The notes beneath the pieces are model-generated. The model was not told where the DNA came from. It made no database searches and was given only the letters and a program-made list of their open reading frames with translations. Position numbers and translations under genes: made by a program. Below, piece by piece: positions 1 through 13,100 of a stretch of 64,000 nt of DNA (its first letter is position 1; each line of letters starts with the position of its first letter). The stretch is from positions 61,504,001 through 61,568,000 of the forward strand of contig NC_059434.1 of assembly GCF_021028975.2 (NCBI RefSeq). Reading direction: 5' to 3'. This DNA is from Sphaerodactylus townsendi. Taxonomy: Eukaryota.

Positions 1-3000
1 GTGTGCTGGGTCGAAAGCATTCCTTCCTCAACATGGAGGATTGCCGGTCTCTACTCTTTTGGGTCAGCGACTCTGCTTCCTCCAGAAAATTGAACGCCTC
101 CCTTTCGTTTTCCCACTCTGGCTGCTCGTTGATTTTGGGCCCTGGATTGGAGGGAATTTTGACCCTCGTCGGCTCTGCTCTGGCTGCCCCTGTCACAGAA
201 TCAGTCCTCCGGACTGCAGACCCAGCTCCTACTCCCGATGTGCCCCCCGCCTGCAGTGCATTGACTCCAGAAGTGCTCTTTTGGACCCAGCTGCGGCTTA
301 CCGGATCAAGTGCGTTCTCCTGACTCCCAAAGCGGTGTGTCGGAGCTTCATGCGACATACTGCCCTCGCCTCAGCCAGCTTTGAGTTTGGGAATGATGTC
401 AGGATTCCTCCCTCTTTACACCCCGCTCCGTGAAATGCTGGGCTTATAGCTGCCCACTGTATGCTTGCCACGTGGCAAGACGGTGGCCTCTGAGCTGCGT
501 GTGTGGAATTCCACAACCTGTTTTGAACTTCAGCCCCGGTCCACTCCCACTGCCTTGGCAAAGGTGGCCCTGTCTCCCCAAGCGCTACTGTTGGTCCACT
601 CTCTGACGCCACAGCTTTGAGGTCACCAAGCCTCCCTGCTCCTGTCCTGTGTTCCCAAGTCCCACTGTCGTATGCAACAGGGACAGCCGGCGTGACGAAT
701 TCTAGATTGTGGGACGGGGCCTCTGGTATCCAGGCCCCCACTGCCCCTGCGTTCTGGAGGCACACTCGGTGCCTCTGTTTCCCTGCCGGCCCGGCCGACT
801 GTTCTTCTTTTTTTTCGGCCCTTACATGGTTTGGGAATTCGAGCCGCCGCTCTCCCTGGCCTGGTATGCAGGCCACTTGTGGGTGGTCCAGCTCCCTGCC
901 CCCTTTTTGCCTCCTCTGTGCCCCTTTTAAGCCTCCGCTTGCACAACTTTTTCTTTTGGAGTCCCCTCGGCTTTTTGGGATTCTTATGCGTTTACGGCGG
1001 TTTGGATTTAGCTCCCTGGGCTCGCTCATGCGTTGTCCTCTGAGATATTGCCTCTCAGAGGGGTGAAGAGAATCCAGACCACATTTAAAAATGGATGCAA
1101 TATCTCAGATCCAACCAGATTGATTTTTCTTTTTTCGGCCTTTCAGAGACGCTGCAGCCTCAGAGCATAAGCAGAATTTCAGTTTTGGGGCCCCAGCTAA
1201 TTCGTTAGACAAGGGACTAGTGGCTGTGAGTCCCCTGCTGGGAAGCAACTTCAAGGCTGACACGTGCTCGAACTCGTCAAACCCCGGCACCTCAGCTCCC
1301 AGCCCTAAGGTAGAGCCTCCCTTGTTAGACGCAGTTAGACTCAACAAATCTAAAACAGAGCCTCATGCGTATAAACAATCCACTAGGAATATTTGGGCAC
1401 CATTGGCTGCCACTGAAAACTCGCGCCATAATGGGGACGAGAGGTCCGCTTCAGGGTGCCACTGGGAACAAGGGGGGGATGCAGCCCACTTACATGTTAC
1501 TTCTTATGTTTGGGTGTATGTTTTGTTTGCAGAACGTTTTGAAGGCTCACGTACTGAACTAGGACCCATTTGTCACCCTCGGTGCCTTGTGGTTTCCATT
1601 TTATTTTTTTTTGGCTATTATATTTTGGCCTGTGGGTCTTACAGACCCTGCTTTTCAAACCGGACCTTCCCTTGCAATTTGAAAGCATACGCTTGTGGAA
1701 CGGAGGGTGGGTGCTACAAGTGGAGTTGGTGTGATCTGTTATTATGGCCCCACTTATTGTGGCATAGGTCTCCTGTTGCGATTCCTGTAATGTCCCCCTT
1801 CTGTTAAAATCCATCCTCTGTGTAGGTGCTCCTCTGGGTTTTGATTCTGTCCTTTGCCAGCCCAGGTTGGTAGGCAGAGTCCAGACACCGATGGGAGCCT
1901 ACTCACGCCATGTACCTTCCGGAAGCTGCCCCCACTCGCTTATCGCGCTTGGCTCTGCCGCTTTTGCCTTTTAACTTCCTGCCTTGATTGGATGCCTCCT
2001 CCCCTTCTCGGGTTCGCTTGCTGTTTTACCCTTGCCAGAGTGCAAATTGTATGTTTCTGCTTAAAGTTGAATTATCGAATGTCTAGTGTTTCCCCACGCA
2101 GAGATCATTCAACAAGTTACATAGGAGGTACCCAGGCGCTTTACATTCCTTGCAAATTGTAAATCTTTGGCGGCCCAGTTTACTGGAATCTGATCTAGAG
2201 TTCTGACAGTATTTGACCCGGAAGACTACCTTGAAGATATGGGGAAAATTGAGACCTGTGCTAACTCTCTGGTATGTGTGAAACCCCGCTACTGTGGTCT
2301 CCCGTTTTGCATTGAGACGTTTCAAAAGGGTTGCGGCTGAGGATCAGTGCTGTTTGCTTTTGGTGATGAAGAGCCTGGTGAAAGATGCCATTGACCTGCT
2401 TCATTGCCGAGATGTGAAGAGTGGTGCCATGGTCCCACGGTCCCACCACTCCTGTTGACAGCCACCCCGGCTCCAGAAGTAACAAAGGGGGGAGCTGCCT
2501 CCATTGACGTCTAAACCTTCATTCATCATTCCGTGTACAGTCGTCCTGTAGCCCCCGAGTCGGTCTTTGCGGGGATGCTGAGGATTCTACAGAGCGCAAG
2601 CCAGATTCCCTGGACTGAAGCGTGTGTGTGCGCGTGCGTTTGGACTTCAATTCCGAACTGTGATCACCAACTGTCTCCTGTGTTAGATCCGGCTGTGTTT
2701 CGAAACGGACACTCGTTTCCACTGCTGATCCTCGTGTCAAGACCCTCTCCTGGTGCCCGGCATTTCTGTCTCCCGTTCCACCAAATCCCCAATCAACCTG
2801 GACTTTGTTGCCTGCCATAACTCAGCTCTCCGGGTCCCTCCAGTTGCTGGGAAGAATCTTAATGCCCCCGCCTACTAAATTGAAACCGGCCCCCATTGTT
2901 GACATTCTGGAAAGTGCCTGGAATACCCCTGTGTTTCTTTGATCGCCCATTTTATGTGTGTAGTTTCCCTGTTTCCGTGTTGCATTTAATTGTATATCTT

Positions 3001-3191
3001 GAATATATGCTACGTGTCCCACAGAAGGCCCCCAGTATGCCCCCGCTGTCTGCGTAGAGCCTATTATGCTCCTCGCATCTCTGGATTACCCAGTGCATCC
3101 AGGGCCCCCTCCCCCGTATTCCCAGGTTGTACAATTGTCTGGGCATCCATGCCATGATTGCCATGGCATGAAAGCCCAGAAAGGGGGGAAA
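1..3191 (+). mobile_element. 3' internal region of an LTR retroelement (ERV/Gypsy-like), 5' part outside window, ending in polypurine tract
   Basis: GC/CpG-rich block unlike the AT-rich host flank. It ends in PPT AGAAAGGGGGGAAA (3178-3191) directly abutting the TG of the LTR. No RT, integrase or env motif recognised. Confidence 0.7.
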
Positions 3192-3968
3192 TGATAGCGG
3201 AGCCGGAAGTGAAATTCCTCCTCTTCTGGACTGTGTTCGAATTAAAGGTTAAATTTGTCTTACTTCTCTGTGTTAGCTAGGTAGAAATCAACTGTATTAG
3301 CTAGGAAGATAGGATTTGTAAAGTTTCTTTGTATTTGTGACTGTATGGAGACCTCCTTGGCCCAAGGCAGAGAGCCATCTCCTCGGCTCCACCCTGGGCT
3401 CCATCCCTATTCACGATGTAAAGGTTCACTGATACTGCACGCGGACAAAAGGGGAGACCCCTCAGTCGAGCGCCTCCAAGCCCTGCCTAATCCACGTCAG
3501 CAGGCAGATAAGGAAGCTCTCTGCGTCATCACCCTCTGCTTCCTGACCCCGGGACACCATGGGGAAAACCTTTGTGTTTTCCCGCCAGTGGACACGATCA
3601 TCGCCGCTACGCCCTACTCTTGGCGCGAAACTCAAGAAGGGGATGCCTACTGGACGCACTGATTGGTTCCTGCATGTTGCAAATGAATGAAGTTGGTTAT
3701 TTTGAATTCTGTTAATGAATGGTGGTGGGCTGTCTTTGATTCTCCCGGGCTCCCGACGGGAGAAAGTGTACTTAAGGGGTTGTAAGGCTGCTAGGCAGCG
3801 GAGTTGTTGTGTGGAGCGGGAGAGTGCTGGACACTTAGGAATCAGCATCCTCCAATAAATCACTTTTATTTATCCGAGCCGTGTCGGGTCTTACTTGGGT
3901 TCCTGGGCGCTGCCGAGAGCGGGATACTCCAGAGTAAGGAAAGTGTTACCCTGAGCAGCGCGGTAACA
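3192..3968 (+). mobile_element. 3' LTR (~777 bp)
   Basis: Starts TGATAGCG right after the PPT and ends CGGTAACA (TG...CA, 6/8 inverted match). ETS site CCGGAAGT ~3203, inverted CCAAT ~3662, TATA-like TACTTAAG ~3769, AATAAA 3854-3859, U5 hairpin TGTTACC...GGTAACA. Composition drops to AT-rich after 3968. Confidence 0.8.
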
Positions 3969-5327
3969 AAAAGAAGAAAATTTCCTTAATTTTTGCAAGT
4001 CCAGACAAGTATTTTAACTTGAAATCAGCTGCCAGAGCATCCATACTTACTACAGCTTATTTAAAGAACCTCAGCAAGTATATCTTTCAATGTTTAGCTG
4101 TTCCCTTACCAGTAATCGCTTTATATAAACAATTAAAGTTCACAAAGCCATTAATCATGGACTGTACTGGTGCTATAGTATGAGTGGCACAGTTGAATCA
4201 ATAAAGCTATCAGAAGCTGGTGCTGTTATTTCTCCACTGGCCACCTTGTTACATCTGGAACAACCTATACAACTTAACACAGGGTGTTCTGTTTTCATGT
4301 GACATTTCTAAAGACGACAACATATATTTTGCCTTTTGTTAGTTTGCCACTTCAGAAATTAGTCTCAATAATTATTTGATAGTATAGCCTCTCTGGCCTA
4401 TTTCATTCATAGTGCTTTAAGATTTGCTGGGGACTGTGTTCTGATTCCAACCCATCTGAAAGGACACTGTTTAGCTTTCTGTGTATCTGAATAGTTCTCC
4501 TTCAAAGTACTGGCTTCTACAACTTCTTTGGTAAGTTCCCAATGACATATGGAATACAAAAAATCCAAAGGCCCAATAAAGAGAAACCTGGGAAGCACAA
4601 TGTAGTAGACATTTAAAAAAAAAATCCTTTAACCACACTGCATATTACTGTCAGCAGCCATCAATATATAGGGCATTCTATATAAAACACCTCGCCAACC
4701 AGGAACATAGGAAGTGCATCAAGACTAGTGCTGAGAGAAGAACCATGGCCTCTGTAGCAATCGAGCATGAGCAATGAAAGATTGCCCCTTCTGAAGACTT
4801 TTTGGGCACCCTAAAGAGGTTGGGATGTACTGGCATAATCTCTAACAGAGAAGGGTAGAAATTTCTTGTGTGGTGCACACCAATTGAATTTCAGGAACCC
4901 AGGAGATATCTGAAGTGGTGACTTGGTATCAAAGTCTGATTTGAAAACAAATCATGCTTGCCCCGTTTAAATGCAAGGGAAAACTATGATTTCCTGAGAA
5001 TCAGATGTACAGAAAGAACAGCTTGCACAACTGAGTATACAAAGCAAGAGAAAGGAACATGCAAAAGCAATGTCTGTTTTTGGCATCATGTCACAGCTGA
5101 CTGGGTTTCCAAGGAAAGAAATGTTCTGAGGTGGTTTGGCGTTCCCTGCTTCATTGTGGGCTGAGAGAATTCTGAGAGAGCTGTGACTGGACCAAGACCA
5201 CCCAACAAGCTTCATGTGGAGTGCAGAATTGAACACAGTTCTCTAAATTAGGGTCTGCCGTTCTTAACCACTACACCATGCTGACTTTCTGTTTGCATAA
5301 TACAAAATCATGTTCTGGCCCCACATC

Positions 5328-5428
5328 CAGTGGTGGGATTCAGCAGGTTCACACCACTTCGGCAGAACCGGCTGTTAAAATAATGCTTGTAAACAAACAG
5401 TTGTTAAATTATTTGAATCCCACCACTG
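5328..5428. mobile_element. hAT-type MITE (CAGTGGTGGGATTC TIR family)
   Basis: TIRs CAGTGGTGGGATTCA/TGAATCCCACCACTG; 8-bp TSD CCCACATC/CCCACATA. Further copies at 8611-8708, 27562-27667, 56687-56758. Confidence 0.85.
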
Positions 5429-7191
5429 CCCACATATTTTAATTATATTATGCATAATCTCCTGTTGCACACAGATAGTGTTCATGTCCCCAAACAGGTT
5501 CATTTCTCAGTGCTTTACTCTGTACCATCTGACTACTTCCAAAGATACACATTCAGATTAAGAGCTTATAAAATAAGGTTATTAAGTTTTCATTATCAAA
5601 TCTTTGACAGAGTATGCTGTTTTAGTCACACACGAAGAATTAAAGACACAACTCAGCTTCAGCTCTTTATTTTTTTCTAAAACCAAACTGATACAGTTCT
5701 ACTTCATATATTTTCACTTATAAAATTCCCTCATCCTTCATTGACATATCGGAGACCACTTTTCAAGTAATTTCATTTAACAGCTTGTAGTGTTTGTGTG
5801 TTCAGATTCCTGAGGGACAGTTAGGCTCAGTGTTAAAAATTCACCTTTCATAAAATCAATTCCTCTTGGTCCAAATATAGCTGAATTTAAGCCACAACCA
5901 AGTCCCACTGAAACCAGTTGTAAGTTGCAACTATAAGGCCTATTGTGATCAGTGGAATGTGAAACCTGATTTTTTGCGTGTATACTGAAAACTATTCTGT
6001 GTTCAGTACAAGGCTTACAACTGCATGCAATTGCAGCATTAGACATAGTAAATTTGGAGCTAGATTGTTCCATGGTTCCTGAGGAATAACTTAATTTATT
6101 TAATATGTAGAAGATAAGAACATGAAATGTATCGAATAAATTTCTATTTGAAGGTCAATGGAAAAGTGCAGAGCAAAATTATTTAAATATCAAGTGGAAA
6201 TAAGACATAGTACAATACTCAAAAGTATTCCCATTTCCCCATGCAGAGAGCAAGAAATTCACAGATAGAAGCACATTTCATTATTTTTTGTATTTAGTGT
6301 TTAAGAGCATGGGCTAAAAAAAGGACCGATATGTTTTATACTTGAAAAAAATACATCTATTTTGTTTATTCTAGCCAATAAGATTCTATTTTTGTAATAG
6401 TCTTAAGAGGCCTCTATTGCACGAACTATATTTGTGTCTAAAACGTTTGATTCAATGTCTGTTTGGTTTAAAGAAAGCTGTATTTTGCTGTCTTGAGAAA
6501 CTGCAGATACATTCTAGAAAGCCAACATGTAATCTACTGAATATTTCAAAAATATTTCAAACTTTTGGTTTAAATTGTACAGGCACTTCAGAAGAGATTC
6601 TCCTTCATACAAGGATATGCATATCCTCAACTTGCAGTGGAGTAATACATCCAACTGAACATTTTTAGACATACTGGGAATATTAGCAACTAAACAGAAT
6701 CTATTGAAACTAGACTGAAGCCTGTCACACTAATGTAAAACACAAGATTGCAAGCAGAAACAACAAACTTCTGAGATTTTCTTGCTTGCCAACAAAAAAA
6801 GGCACAAAAATAGACACAAAGCACTGGCAAAACCAAAGTCTGACCTACTATTTCCCCCCAATACAATTTTGTGGGTGTTCATCTCCTCCACCACTACTAA
6901 GATATTTCAAGTAGTTTAGAGCAGCACTTATTCACAGTAATACCATCACTCCAAAACCAATTCAGAAAACATTAGCGTCAGTTTAGAAAACATGTACAAA
7001 CCATCCTTAAGAATTAAGGATCTATCCAAAAGGGATGATGAAAGCAAGAAGTGCTATACGAAACAAAACACTCTTCTGAGGGAGATCACTGTTTCACGTG
7101 TTTCCAACAGCTTTGTAACAAATGAAAAACAAAACTAAACTAAAAAGGACACTAGCAACAAAGGTTGATCCCGAACAAGTTGTAAGCATCT

Positions 7192-10100
7192 TTAAAGGTC
7201 CCTCTTGTCTTCATACCGACACATACAAGCTGCTCTTTGGCTATCGAGGTATGGTTTGCATCCTAAGTGTATGACTGCATCGAACAACAGCTGAACTGTA
7301 GATTCACATGCTGCAAAGAGGAAGAGCGAAAAAGAGAAAGAATGAACCAATTCATACATTATACTGATAATGTTAATAATACAGTGAGATACAGAGGTTG
7401 GACATAGTTCAGACACACAAGGTCAAGTTTTAATATAAATTTCCTCTAGCTTGTAGAGCCTATATTTGACAGACAAGCAAGTTAGCTAACAGTATTTGAA
7501 ATATTCATAATGGTAAATTTGTTAATGTATTTGCAGTCTGAAATCCTCAAGATTTAAATGCTTCACCATTATTGCTGTTACTATATCTACCATTGCAAAG
7601 AGCTTTTAGTCAAAGTTAGATTTTAGAGATGCCAAGGACCAACAGTTTTAGAAAACAGGATTGAAGTCTTTCTTACCTTTCCTTCTAATGAACAATTTTT
7701 TTAGAAGGGAAAGAAATGCACATTCATAGACTAATTCTACAATTTTGTCAAAATAGCAGAGTTGGAAAATATGTGCTAATTAACAGAAAATAATAATTGT
7801 AGTTAATCATAGTTAAACATCCAATCTTATGTTTAAAATCATGGTTAAACATCCAATCTTATGTTTAAAATCTTATGTTTAAAATAAGATTTGGGTTATG
7901 ATCCACTATTAGTTGAACATATATGTCTCATTTGGGTTATGATCCACTATTAGTTGAACATATATGTCTCATGCCTTGATCACAGAGGAAGAGAGGTCAG
8001 TTCTTAGACTACATTAATTTGTGCCTCCCTATTCAAGTTTCCAACAAAAACGAGTCCACACATCAATAGTTATTCAAGATCTATAAATATTTGGCTTACC
8101 TTTTACACTCTCAGGTATTCCTAATGTCTTTTGTACGTTTCGGCATATCTTAGACAGGCAGTATTGAAATTGCTCATCACAGTCATTTTTCTGGTTCCCA
8201 CAGGTGTCATAACATCTGTCATGTTGATTACAGCATTTTGTCATTGAAGGAATGCCGATGTCAAACTAAAAGGCAAAGACAACAAAGTTTGCAGTTCCTG
8301 GGAATGCTGACCAGACCTACCACTCTTCTAGTTCTAAAATCAACAGACTACCAGCACACAGAGGAAGAATTGCTCTGAAGTGTTTATTGAAGGGAAGTAA
8401 AAAAAGATGCAGGATTATGCTCTGCAGAGGCATGACAGAGCTAACAAAATAGGCTGGGACTCAAACAAGAACTTGACTATGGAACTGAACAGTTATATGA
8501 TGTTGTTCAAGTGTTAGGTGGAAATCGGAAAGGGTCTCCTCTCCAGCCATCAGTGGAATCCAATTGTATAGTAGCCTGCCCAAGAACGTCAAATAATTTA
8601 ACAATCGGTTCTGGTGGTGGGATTCAAATAATTTAACAACTGGTTGTTCACAAGCACCATTTTAACACTTCTGCCGAAATGGTGCGAACCTGCTGAATCA
8701 CACCACTGGGCCAAGGCAGAATCATTCTGGCCCCTTCTGCATAAGCAGAATAATTCACTTCAAAGTCACTTTCAATGCACTTTGCAGATGTGGAATAGCA
8801 AAATCCACTTGCACACAAATTCTGACAGTGGATTGAAAGTGCATTATTCTGCATGTGCGGAAGGGGCCTCTTACTCACAGGTTGGGGAGGGGATGGGAGA
8901 AACTAGTGTCATGTGAAAGTGTCAGAGAACACTGAGAATAAGAACAGACTCTAGGCTAGTAAGGAAGGGCTTGGCTCAGTGGTATATTTGGCACGCAAAA
9001 GGTTCCAGGTTCAATTCCTGGCATCTCCAGCTAAAAGGATCAGGTGATGGGTGAAGTGAAAGTCTTCTGCCTGAGACTCTGGAAAGCAGCTGCCAATCTA
9101 TGTAGACAATATTAACCAAGGTGGTCCAAGGGTCAGACTCAGTATAAGGCAGCTTTCTATGTTCATATGTATTAGCATAGGTCTAATAGTGTCAAGAAGC
9201 ATCCAATATCAAGGGAATTGGGGGTTTTTTGTTGTTTTTTTGTTTGACTAGAATTGTAGTCAGAGGCTGATGGGTTATGGGTAGAATTTGCCACTAGGTT
9301 ACAGACTGAAATCTCATCTCAGCTGCCAACTCTCTTGGCAACCTCAAGCAAACCAGTCTCTATCTGCTTCAATCTTACATCGACAACATAAGAAGAAGAA
9401 GATGATGATTTTGGATTTATATCCTACCTTTCTCCCCTGTAAAGAGACTCAATGTGGCCTACAAGCTCCTTTCCCTTCCTCTCCCCGCCACTGAAACCTT
9501 GTGAGGTAGGGGGCGCTGAGAGAGTTTCGAAGAACTGTGACTAGCCCAAGGTCACCCAGCAGGAATGTAGGAGTGCGGAAACACATCTGGTTCACCAGAT
9601 AAGCCTCTGCCACTCAGGTGGAGGAGTGGGGAATCAAACCCAGTTCTCTAGATTAGAATCCACCTGCTTTTAACCACTACACAATGCTGCTTAAAGATAA
9701 CAACATTGGTCCACTTTAAGAAGCTGTTGTTATAATGTCTGTGACGTGCATTTATTAGGCCCTTTGGGATTCTCAGCACAGATTGTGCCATTCCCGCCAC
9801 ACCCTAAATTATTTTGACCTTTCCTAGGCGGCTGCTGATGACTGCTACTGTATGGCCCACCCTCTTGCCCTTTTCATTCTAATATACAAGAAATGTGTCA
9901 AAAAGTCGATCATTTTGTAATCCACAGCCAAGGATGGAATGTGTGGAGAAACGCTTAGGTTGGCAGAATGGGTGCGGGTGAGATAGCAAACACAGGATAG
10001 TGATGTAGATTGTGAGGATTTTCAAGATGGTGGGCATGTTCACATCCCTAGGCACAGCTTTCAGAAGCAAGCCAAAGAGGCTATTACTGTCTTACCCCAC

Positions 10101-13100
10101 CCCACAAAAATCTGGTGAGTTTGTTGAATCAAAAAATGGTAGACATCTGCTGGGTGGAGCATTTGGTTCTTCGACCCATTTTACAGTATTAATTTGGGAG
10201 ATTTCTCACACATTTGCTTCTTTCATTAAAGGTTCTCCCATATTTTTTTTCTCACTGCCCAAACTGTATGATTATTATGGATTATATATCTCATATTGTA
10301 AGGCTTTGATGAGTATGACTTTCAGGCTGAGGATGTGAAGATACAGTTCTGAGGATGTGAAGATAGCTAACAGGAATCCAAGAGATGTTCTAACTTCAAT
10401 TACTGGGAAGCTAATAAATACAACATTATTTTTTCTAAACCTGAGTGTTTATTATCATATTCATAACATTTATGCTAAGAGGATAAATAAGCTAAAAGAG
10501 AAACCTCCCTCCCCAAACTTCCCAAATAAGCTTCCTGTCTGGATATGCAGTGATTTTCTTTCAGATAATGTAAAATATTCCCTGGGGCAAATATGAATAT
10601 TTATCAAGTTTATCCTGAACATATTTAAATTTAACACCTTTCAACACCTATATTAATTTTATATGAATATCAGTGCACACATAAAGAAAAGGATACTTAC
10701 ATGAACACCAAAGAGGGGAGAACCGCATCCGTTGGGTGGTGAAGGTTTATAGCCATAGCGAGGTAAAGGCTTATATCCTGTAAAAGATGAAGAGTTTCTT
10801 ATAGTTTTCCCTTATAAGACATATTTTTTTAAAGTTCACAATGACGCATGGTACAGATGTAAATTTGTATGCAGCAAGACTTTACTCAGAATTAAATCTC
10901 ACTTTGTTAATGGGTCACTGTGGACATGACTACATTTGGTGGCTTTAGTAGAATATTATTCAGCAAAAGTATAGGTATGCAAAGTTTTCACATGCTTAGG
11001 GATGACAAATTAAAGAACAGTTCCATCAACATTATCTGGAGTCCCATGCATCTTTTAATAACCCTTAGTCCATAAGAATATTAAGTGATCTGTATGTGTT
11101 TATTAAGATGGTTGAAAGGGCACCAGTTTTGGAATTTAAATGCTTGGTTTATGCTAGAATAAAAACGTTAAGTCATGAAGTTGCCACAAGAGTCCTGTTT
11201 TATCTTCCAATACAGAAACCTTATATAGCAAAATATATAGAAAAATGCCTAATAAGATTTCACATTAGTGGTCTACTGAAGAAGCAACTACTTAACAATG
11301 CTTCACCAGCCTTAGTTTGATGCTACCTTGCCACCCCAAATTGAGTAGCAGCTGCAAGGGGAAACTGTGTGAAGGCAAACTGAAGTGAGTACCTGTTTCT
11401 GTTTGCCTGGATATAAACTGTTGGGTAAACCACCTGTAAAAAGCAGCTGCATTTTGTACAGTCCAAGAGCTTATGGGATCATAATTATCACTGCTTTCTT
11501 CTTGGCAACGACAAATTGCAAAAGCTCAACCTGGACTGAAGTGGCCAGTCAATCAGTGCTGAATTAACTACTTTACAGTGGATTCTGATGTTGCACTACA
11601 TCACTGCTATTAAAAATGCATTTATATTCTGTTTAAGCTTTCTCTCAGGGCTGTAAGAAGAATGCAAACCATAAAATAGCTTCAGCACCAAAGCTTGGCA
11701 AAGTCAGTTTTGACAAACCTGGCTTTTTCCACCCCCTTTATCTCCTGCAAGTCCACCCTCCTGAATTCCCAAGAAATTGTGAAAAACAGTCCCTAGAGCT
11801 AAGGCAGCACATAGTAAAAGAAAACCACTTGGCTTCCTGCCCCTACAAGATAATGGATGCAACTCTGTTTCTTATGGAATCAGGGTGTCAGGGGAAAGCC
11901 TAATTATCTACAAAGGGTGCGAAGCCATAAAGTAAAGATCAAGGAAAGAATGCCCCAAATGGCAGTGGTAACATATAACAGGTTTTTTACATATATCTTT
12001 TAGCAGCATTTGATTTGCAGCGTTGAGCAGTTACAATGAGGTAGGAATGCATCTCAATCACCTAGATACAATCCCCCTGACACAAGACTGGGACAGTTGG
12101 GTAGTTTATTTTCTCACCTCATGATGTAAACGACTCTCATTTTTTAAGTCAGTGTGGCTAACATGTGTGGCTAATTATGAGCTAGAAAGTAATCACAGGA
12201 TAATCTTTCAGCTTGGTGATATCCTTGTTTATTCAGAAATTAGTACCACTCATTCCAAACTGTGCACAGGACTACAGTCATAGGCAAACAAATCCTTTTC
12301 ATCCTGCAAATAAGTAAAGCTGACGTGGGTGGTATTACTGGCCTTCCTTTTAGGGTTATTGCAAATATTACTGGAATCATGGAGGTGAACATTATCTGAC
12401 TATTTACGAAAAAAGTTATCAGTATAAAATAATTTTTTTGTGAAAGATGCTCACCATTTGAAAAGTTAACCATCTCTTCGACTTTTTGAGCAGAAAAAGA
12501 TTTTGAAATTTCGAGAATTAAACAGTGCAAAGAGTTAAGAGTGGAGATCCAATGGGTTAACCTAACCTTTGGTGCCTGATGAAGGAAGAATGGATCACCT
12601 TTCACAATGATTTCCAAATATTCTAATCTACAGATCAACAAAACTGGTTCCTAATCATACAGCACATTCGTAATCACTCTGGGGTTTCCGTAACAAAATC
12701 CTTGGCACTCTTGCAAACCACTGTACATCTGATAACACTTGCTCCGGTTTAAGAACTAAGAACTTTTGGAATAGGATAAAACAGGTAACAGCTAAAACAA
12801 TAGCTACGCAGGTCAATCACGCAGTCAGGAACCCAAGATCCACAATGCAAATCATAATGAATCAACATTCTGAAAGAACTTCTATTGTTATCTGGCGTCA
12901 CAAACTGTAGGTCACAGCAAAACGTTCAAAAGCATACGTTTTTATGGTCCAGCTGCCCAAAACACAACTAACCTATGGTCACCCTAACCTTATACTCAGG
13001 GAGCCATTCCGAAACCACAAAATTTGCATCTCAACCCGCAACCTTTAAACACTGTCAGTCTTGAAGGAGACTGCAAGAAGGAATGAAACTTTTCCTAGAA

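Noticed and set aside
2952-3164. Minus ORF with W-x7-H resembling the anellovirus ORF2 motif (endogenous viral element?)
   Set aside because: The required x3-C-x-C-x5-H continuation is absent, there is no Arg-rich capsid ORF, and the context is an LTR element.
3969-7191. CASP6 exons expected from synteny
   Set aside because: No caspase-like coding sequence seen; the gene probably lies beyond the LTR element, outside the window.
8965-9030. tRNA genes at A-box/B-box motifs (also 20290, 9640-9690 etc.)
   Set aside because: No complete cloverleaf; each continues into a shared SINE body.
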